This document shows, piece by piece, positions 60,886 to 64,000 of a stretch of 64,000 nucleotides of DNA. Source of the DNA: Opitutales bacterium (GTDB taxonomy: Bacteria; Verrucomicrobiota; Verrucomicrobiia; Opitutales; PNEW01); NCBI GenBank assembly GCA_965197745.1, contig CBDANS010000006.1:1376001-1440000 (forward strand), given 5' to 3'. Below the pieces are notes generated by a model. The model saw nothing but the letters and a program-made list of their open reading frames with translations, was not told the origin of the DNA and did not search any database. How positions within the stretch are numbered: position 1 is the first letter of the stretch; the number at the start of each line of letters is the position of its first letter. A program made the position numbers and the translations under genes.

Positions 60886-61341
60886 ATGGTAAGCGATGTC
60901 TTTTTAGGACTGGGAGCCAACCTTGGCGACCGCAGTAAGAATATCGAACAAGCTGCTGCAATGCTCGGTGAACACGGGACCGTCATTGCCGTATCAAAGT
61001 TACATGAAACCGAACCTTGGGGGATTACCGATCAACCGCTGTTTTTAAACGCTGCCCTGCACCTGCAAACTAGTCTTGAGGCTTACAATCTGCTTAAAAG
61101 CATTTTTGAAATCGAACGCAATCTTAAGCGTGAAAGAAGGGTCAAGTACGGACCGCGTACCATTGATATCGATATTCTGCTTTATGGGGATACGGTCATT
61201 GATGAACCAGGATTACAAGTGCCTCATCCTGGTATGCACGAGCGATTATCTGTCCTTCTGCCCCTCATCGATATCGCTCCCGAGGTGGTGCACCCCGTGC
61301 TTCGAAAGACGGTCGCGGAACTTCTGGCGGAGATGATGTGA
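60886..61341 (+). CDS. folK: 2-amino-4-hydroxy-6-hydroxymethyldihydropteridine diphosphokinase
   Basis: LGLGANLG, ETEPWG, FLNA, GPRTIDIDIL, PHP. Confidence 0.97.
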   Translation: MVSDVFLGLGANLGDRSKNIEQAAAMLGEHGTVIAVSKLHETEPWGITDQPLFLNAALHLQTSLEAYNLLKSIFEIERNLKRERRVKYGPRTIDIDILLYGDTVIDEPGLQVPHPGMHERLSVLLPLIDIAPEVVHPVLRKTVAELLAEMM

Positions 61342-61345
61342 ATAA

Positions 61346-61445
61346 AAGGTGCCAGTGTTTCCTTCGACTACGCTCAGGACAGGCATGGGTTCGGGGTTCA
61401 GTGGGAGAAGGTGTCGGGGTTCAGATACCAGTAAACAGTGAACAG
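61346..61445. repeat. Heptamer array with 24-nt CCTG insert (61360-61383)
   Basis: TCCTTCGACTACGCTCAGGACAGG within GGGTTCG/GGGTTCA repeats; inverted copy at 63423-63472. Confidence 0.8.
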
Positions 61446-61582
61446 TATGGAAGAGGGAAGATTGGCTGGCTGGATATATCTGTATATTTTATGCATATTC
61501 TATCCTTCCATTCTTCACCTGATTACTGCTAACTTTTCACTTAACCCTCAACTCAGAACCAATAATCCTTATATTTAGAATA

Positions 61583-61789
61583 ATGGACATAGGAAAAGGT
61601 ATCTTCAATTTCCCCTCTGGGTATTTATCACGGCTTCGCTACCCTTGGTTATTTCTCATTACTATTTTGCTCTTTATCTTCGACTTGGTGATTCCGGATG
61701 TCCTGCCTTTTGTCGATGAAATTATTCTCGGTCTGTTGGCCGCAATTTTCAGCAAAATGAAAAAAGAGAAATCCGGGAAGTCAGAGTGA
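61583..61789 (+). CDS. Small membrane protein (DUF6116-like)
   Basis: LRYPWLF...DLVIPDVLPFVDEIILGL. Confidence 0.65.
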   Translation: MDIGKGIFNFPSGYLSRLRYPWLFLITILLFIFDLVIPDVLPFVDEIILGLLAAIFSKMKKEKSGKSE

Positions 61790-61806
61790 GAGGTGTTAGT
61801 GACTGA

Positions 61807-62391
61807 GGATTCAGGGTTCAGGGTTCAGGAAAAATGCCGATAGTTAAAAGTGAACTGTAGTTAAACGGTCGACTGTCGGAGGAGAGGAATGAGTGCCTAT
61901 AAACGGTTGGAGGATTTAAGTGTTTATCAGAAGCTATGCCAACTTCACATTGAAATCTGTGACTTAACTCACGAGTGGCCCGTTGAGGAAAAATACGAAC
62001 TTGGGTCGCAAGCGAGACGGTCTTCAAACAGTGCAGCTGCTCAATTAGCTGAGAAATACGATGTTTCGGCATATTAGAAATAAGATCGAGGGAGTGAATC
62101 GCAGTCGAGGTGAAGCCGCTGAAATTTTGCACCACATATATATGGCGCATCTGAAGAAATACGAAAGCAGAAATACATATGAGGATTATACCCAACGCTA
62201 TCAGGAATGCATCCGGATGCTGAATGGAATGGAACGGTCCTTAGAGAGGTATCTACCCGAAAGTGCCCATCGATGGCCCGAAGCCACACACGAGGAACGT
62301 TAATCGCAGATTAACTCCACATCGGTCTTTTCTGAACCCTGAACCCTGAACCCTGCCTGTCCTGAGCGAAGCCGAAGGAAACCCTGAACCC
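61807..62391. repeat. Inverted heptamer arrays bracketing the four-helix-bundle gene
   Basis: GGATTCA-GGGTTCA-GGGTTCA 61807-61827 and (CTGAACC)n 62332-62391 with 24-nt insert 62356-62379. Confidence 0.85.
61889..62303 (+). pseudogene. Four-helix-bundle (23S rRNA IVP / TIGR02436-like) protein, frameshifted near 62063
   Basis: LEDLSVYQK...WPVEEKYELGSQARRSSNS...LAE then, one base out of frame, RHIRNKIE...SRGEAAE...ECIRMLNG. Confidence 0.85.
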
Positions 62392-62476
62392 TAGCTCGTG
62401 ACTTCCAGTATTGACGGCGTTAGAAACCGTCACGACAATCACGGTCGTCAAAAGCAACAAAAACTAAAGGAACATC

Positions 62477-63370
62477 ATGACCAGAGTTAATAAATGTATC
62501 GAATTGTTGGAGCAGGGGGAACCGGTCTACTTAAGCACTTGGGCTGAAGTTACTTATGAAGCTGGCCTGGAGCAGGCAAAAACCTGGGCCGACATGATCA
62601 TCATCGATTTTGAACACCTCGCTTACGATATTGTGGGTCTGACTAAGTTCATGCGCGGTCTTAAGGATGGGGGCCCTACCGCAAGTGGTCATCCGACACC
62701 GACCGTGCTTGTATCTCCACCTCCGAATTGTACTAGTCCTGAAGAAGTCATTTACAATGCATGGCAAGTCAGGCAGATCCTTACGACAGGGGTCCATGGA
62801 TTTTACTACCCGCAGGCGCGTGATCCCGAGTCGGTTAAGGCTTATGTCTCTACCACACGTTACACTTTTCAGACTATCGGGCGCGACCAGGGTTTACCGG
62901 AGGGCCTGCGCGGACACGGCGGGGAGAATCATGCAGCCAAAATCTGGGACATTTCTCCCGACGATTACCTGATGAAAGCGGACCCATGGCCCTTGAATCC
63001 GGATGGTGAACTATTGCTGGGCCTGAAAATTGAAGACCCGCAAGGCATAGCAAATGCCGAAGCAATCGCCAGTACTCCTGGTATCGCACTTATGGCAGGG
63101 GGGGTAGGTGATATAGCGATGTCGATGGGCTATGTCCCGAGACCCGACTGGCCCTACCCATCGGACTTGTTAAATGCATGGTTAGCCATAGAGTCGACCT
63201 GTAGAAAGGTTGGTATTTCCTTTGTCTGGGGTTGGCATGATCCTGAAATGACCGAAGAGCAACAGGTGGAGTACCTCATCAAAGAAAAAGGGGCAAAAAT
63301 AATAGTGGGGAAAAACGAGGAATATGCAGCCGCCGGCCGGAAAATCACCGGCCGCACCATGCCCGTGTAG
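62477..63370 (+). CDS. HpcH/HpaI aldolase family protein
   Basis: IDFEH, GLRGHG, GLKIED, GVGDIAMSMG; AAGGA RBS. Confidence 0.8.
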   Translation: MTRVNKCIELLEQGEPVYLSTWAEVTYEAGLEQAKTWADMIIIDFEHLAYDIVGLTKFMRGLKDGGPTASGHPTPTVLVSPPPNCTSPEEVIYNAWQVRQILTTGVHGFYYPQARDPESVKAYVSTTRYTFQTIGRDQGLPEGLRGHGGENHAAKIWDISPDDYLMKADPWPLNPDGELLLGLKIEDPQGIANAEAIASTPGIALMAGGVGDIAMSMGYVPRPDWPYPSDLLNAWLAIESTCRKVGISFVWGWHDPEMTEEQQVEYLIKEKGAKIIVGKNEEYAAAGRKITGRTMPV

Positions 63371-63472
63371 GGGAAAGAAGTGAACGGTGAACAGTGGAAG
63401 AATGAATTGATTATAATTATTTCCCTGAACCCATGCCCGTCCTGAGCGAAGCCGAAGGAAACCCGACACCTT

Positions 63473-64000
63473 ATGCTAGCAAATTCCCAACTCCAAGGTC
63501 TGCTCTTTGGATCTTTTGTCGGTGACGCTCTTTCCATGGGGTCTCTTTGGATTTACAATCCCAAAGCGATTGAAAGAAAGTTTGGAAGAATAACCGACTA
63601 TCGATTGCCTGAACCGAATTCTTATCATCCGAAAAAGAAAGCGGGAGATTTTACTCACTACGGTGATCAAACCATGGTATTGATGGATTCTATTGCCGGG
63701 ATTCAGGCATTTGATTTGGGCGATTTTTCTGCGCGTTGGCAGCAACTCTTCACGGGTTACGAGGGCTATGTGGACCAGGCGACGAAAGACACCTTAGCGC
63801 ATATTGCATCGGGAATTACACCAGGGAGAGCAGGGTCCTCGTCGAACGATTTGGCGGGAGCTTCAAGGATAGCACCCGTGCTTATCGGCTATGCTGATAA
63901 AGATTTCAATGAAGTGCAATCAGCTGCGGAAGCACAGACCGCGATGACCCACAACCACCCTCAAGTAATCGAAGCAGCTACGTATTTTGCACGCGTTGCA
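63473..64000 (+). CDS. ADP-ribosylglycohydrolase family protein (runs off window; absent from ORF track)
   Basis: MLANSQLQGLLFGSFVGDALSMG...WIY...GDFTHYGDQT...SNDLAGASR...TAMTHNHP. Confidence 0.85.
   Translation, partial: MLANSQLQGLLFGSFVGDALSMGSLWIYNPKAIERKFGRITDYRLPEPNSYHPKKKAGDFTHYGDQTMVLMDSIAGIQAFDLGDFSARWQQLFTGYEGYVDQATKDTLAHIASGITPGRAGSSSNDLAGASRIAPVLIGYADKDFNEVQSAAEAQTAMTHNHPQVIEAATYFARVA

Noticed and set aside
61889..62303. Diversity-generating retroelement (Avd-like fold; paralogous surface genes as TR/VR)
   Set aside because: No reverse transcriptase in the window; paralog differences are mostly synonymous and not adenine-specific.
61346..63472. Composite transposon or invertible segment bounded by ~50-bp inverted repeats
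   Set aside because: The IRs are copies of the dispersed heptamer+CCTG repeat, a third copy lies inside (62351), and there is no recombinase or target duplication.

Overview
Bacterial chromosomal window of moderate GC. The host is plausibly Verrucomicrobiota/Opitutales, inferred only from the Ig-domain surface proteins, the ASPIC/UnbV protein and the orphan pseudopilin. Gene content is mostly accessory catabolism (sulfatases, BNR/sialidase-like proteins, GH32, three PhyH dioxygenases, NagA/NagB-like, AGE epimerase-like, aldolases, a peptide-type ABC importer without ATPases) plus a CADD-folP-folK folate cluster. Positions ~13.8-21.5 kb form a composite mobile region: an IS1595 with 23-bp TIRs and a passenger gene, a sulfatase cut by a degenerate IS3, and a ~4-kb AT-rich large-serine-recombinase element (Xre HTH, DUF3102-like gene, two candidate structured RNAs) that truncates a C45-family gene. 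Three paralogous surface-protein genes share a highly conserved C-terminal domain; two carry a nonsense codon in the signal peptide. The strongest non-coding signal is a nested set of tiny palindromic elements. REP-like hairpins and heptamer arrays occur both empty and filled with 23-49-nt inserts (CCTG-initiated or CTACCGAG...GACATCT) at a precise position, mostly without target duplication. One such insert breaks the IS3 frameshift window. No rRNA, tRNA, CRISPR array, reverse transcriptase or HUH/RAYT transposase was recognised. All calls are by eye from motifs; no database search was run.
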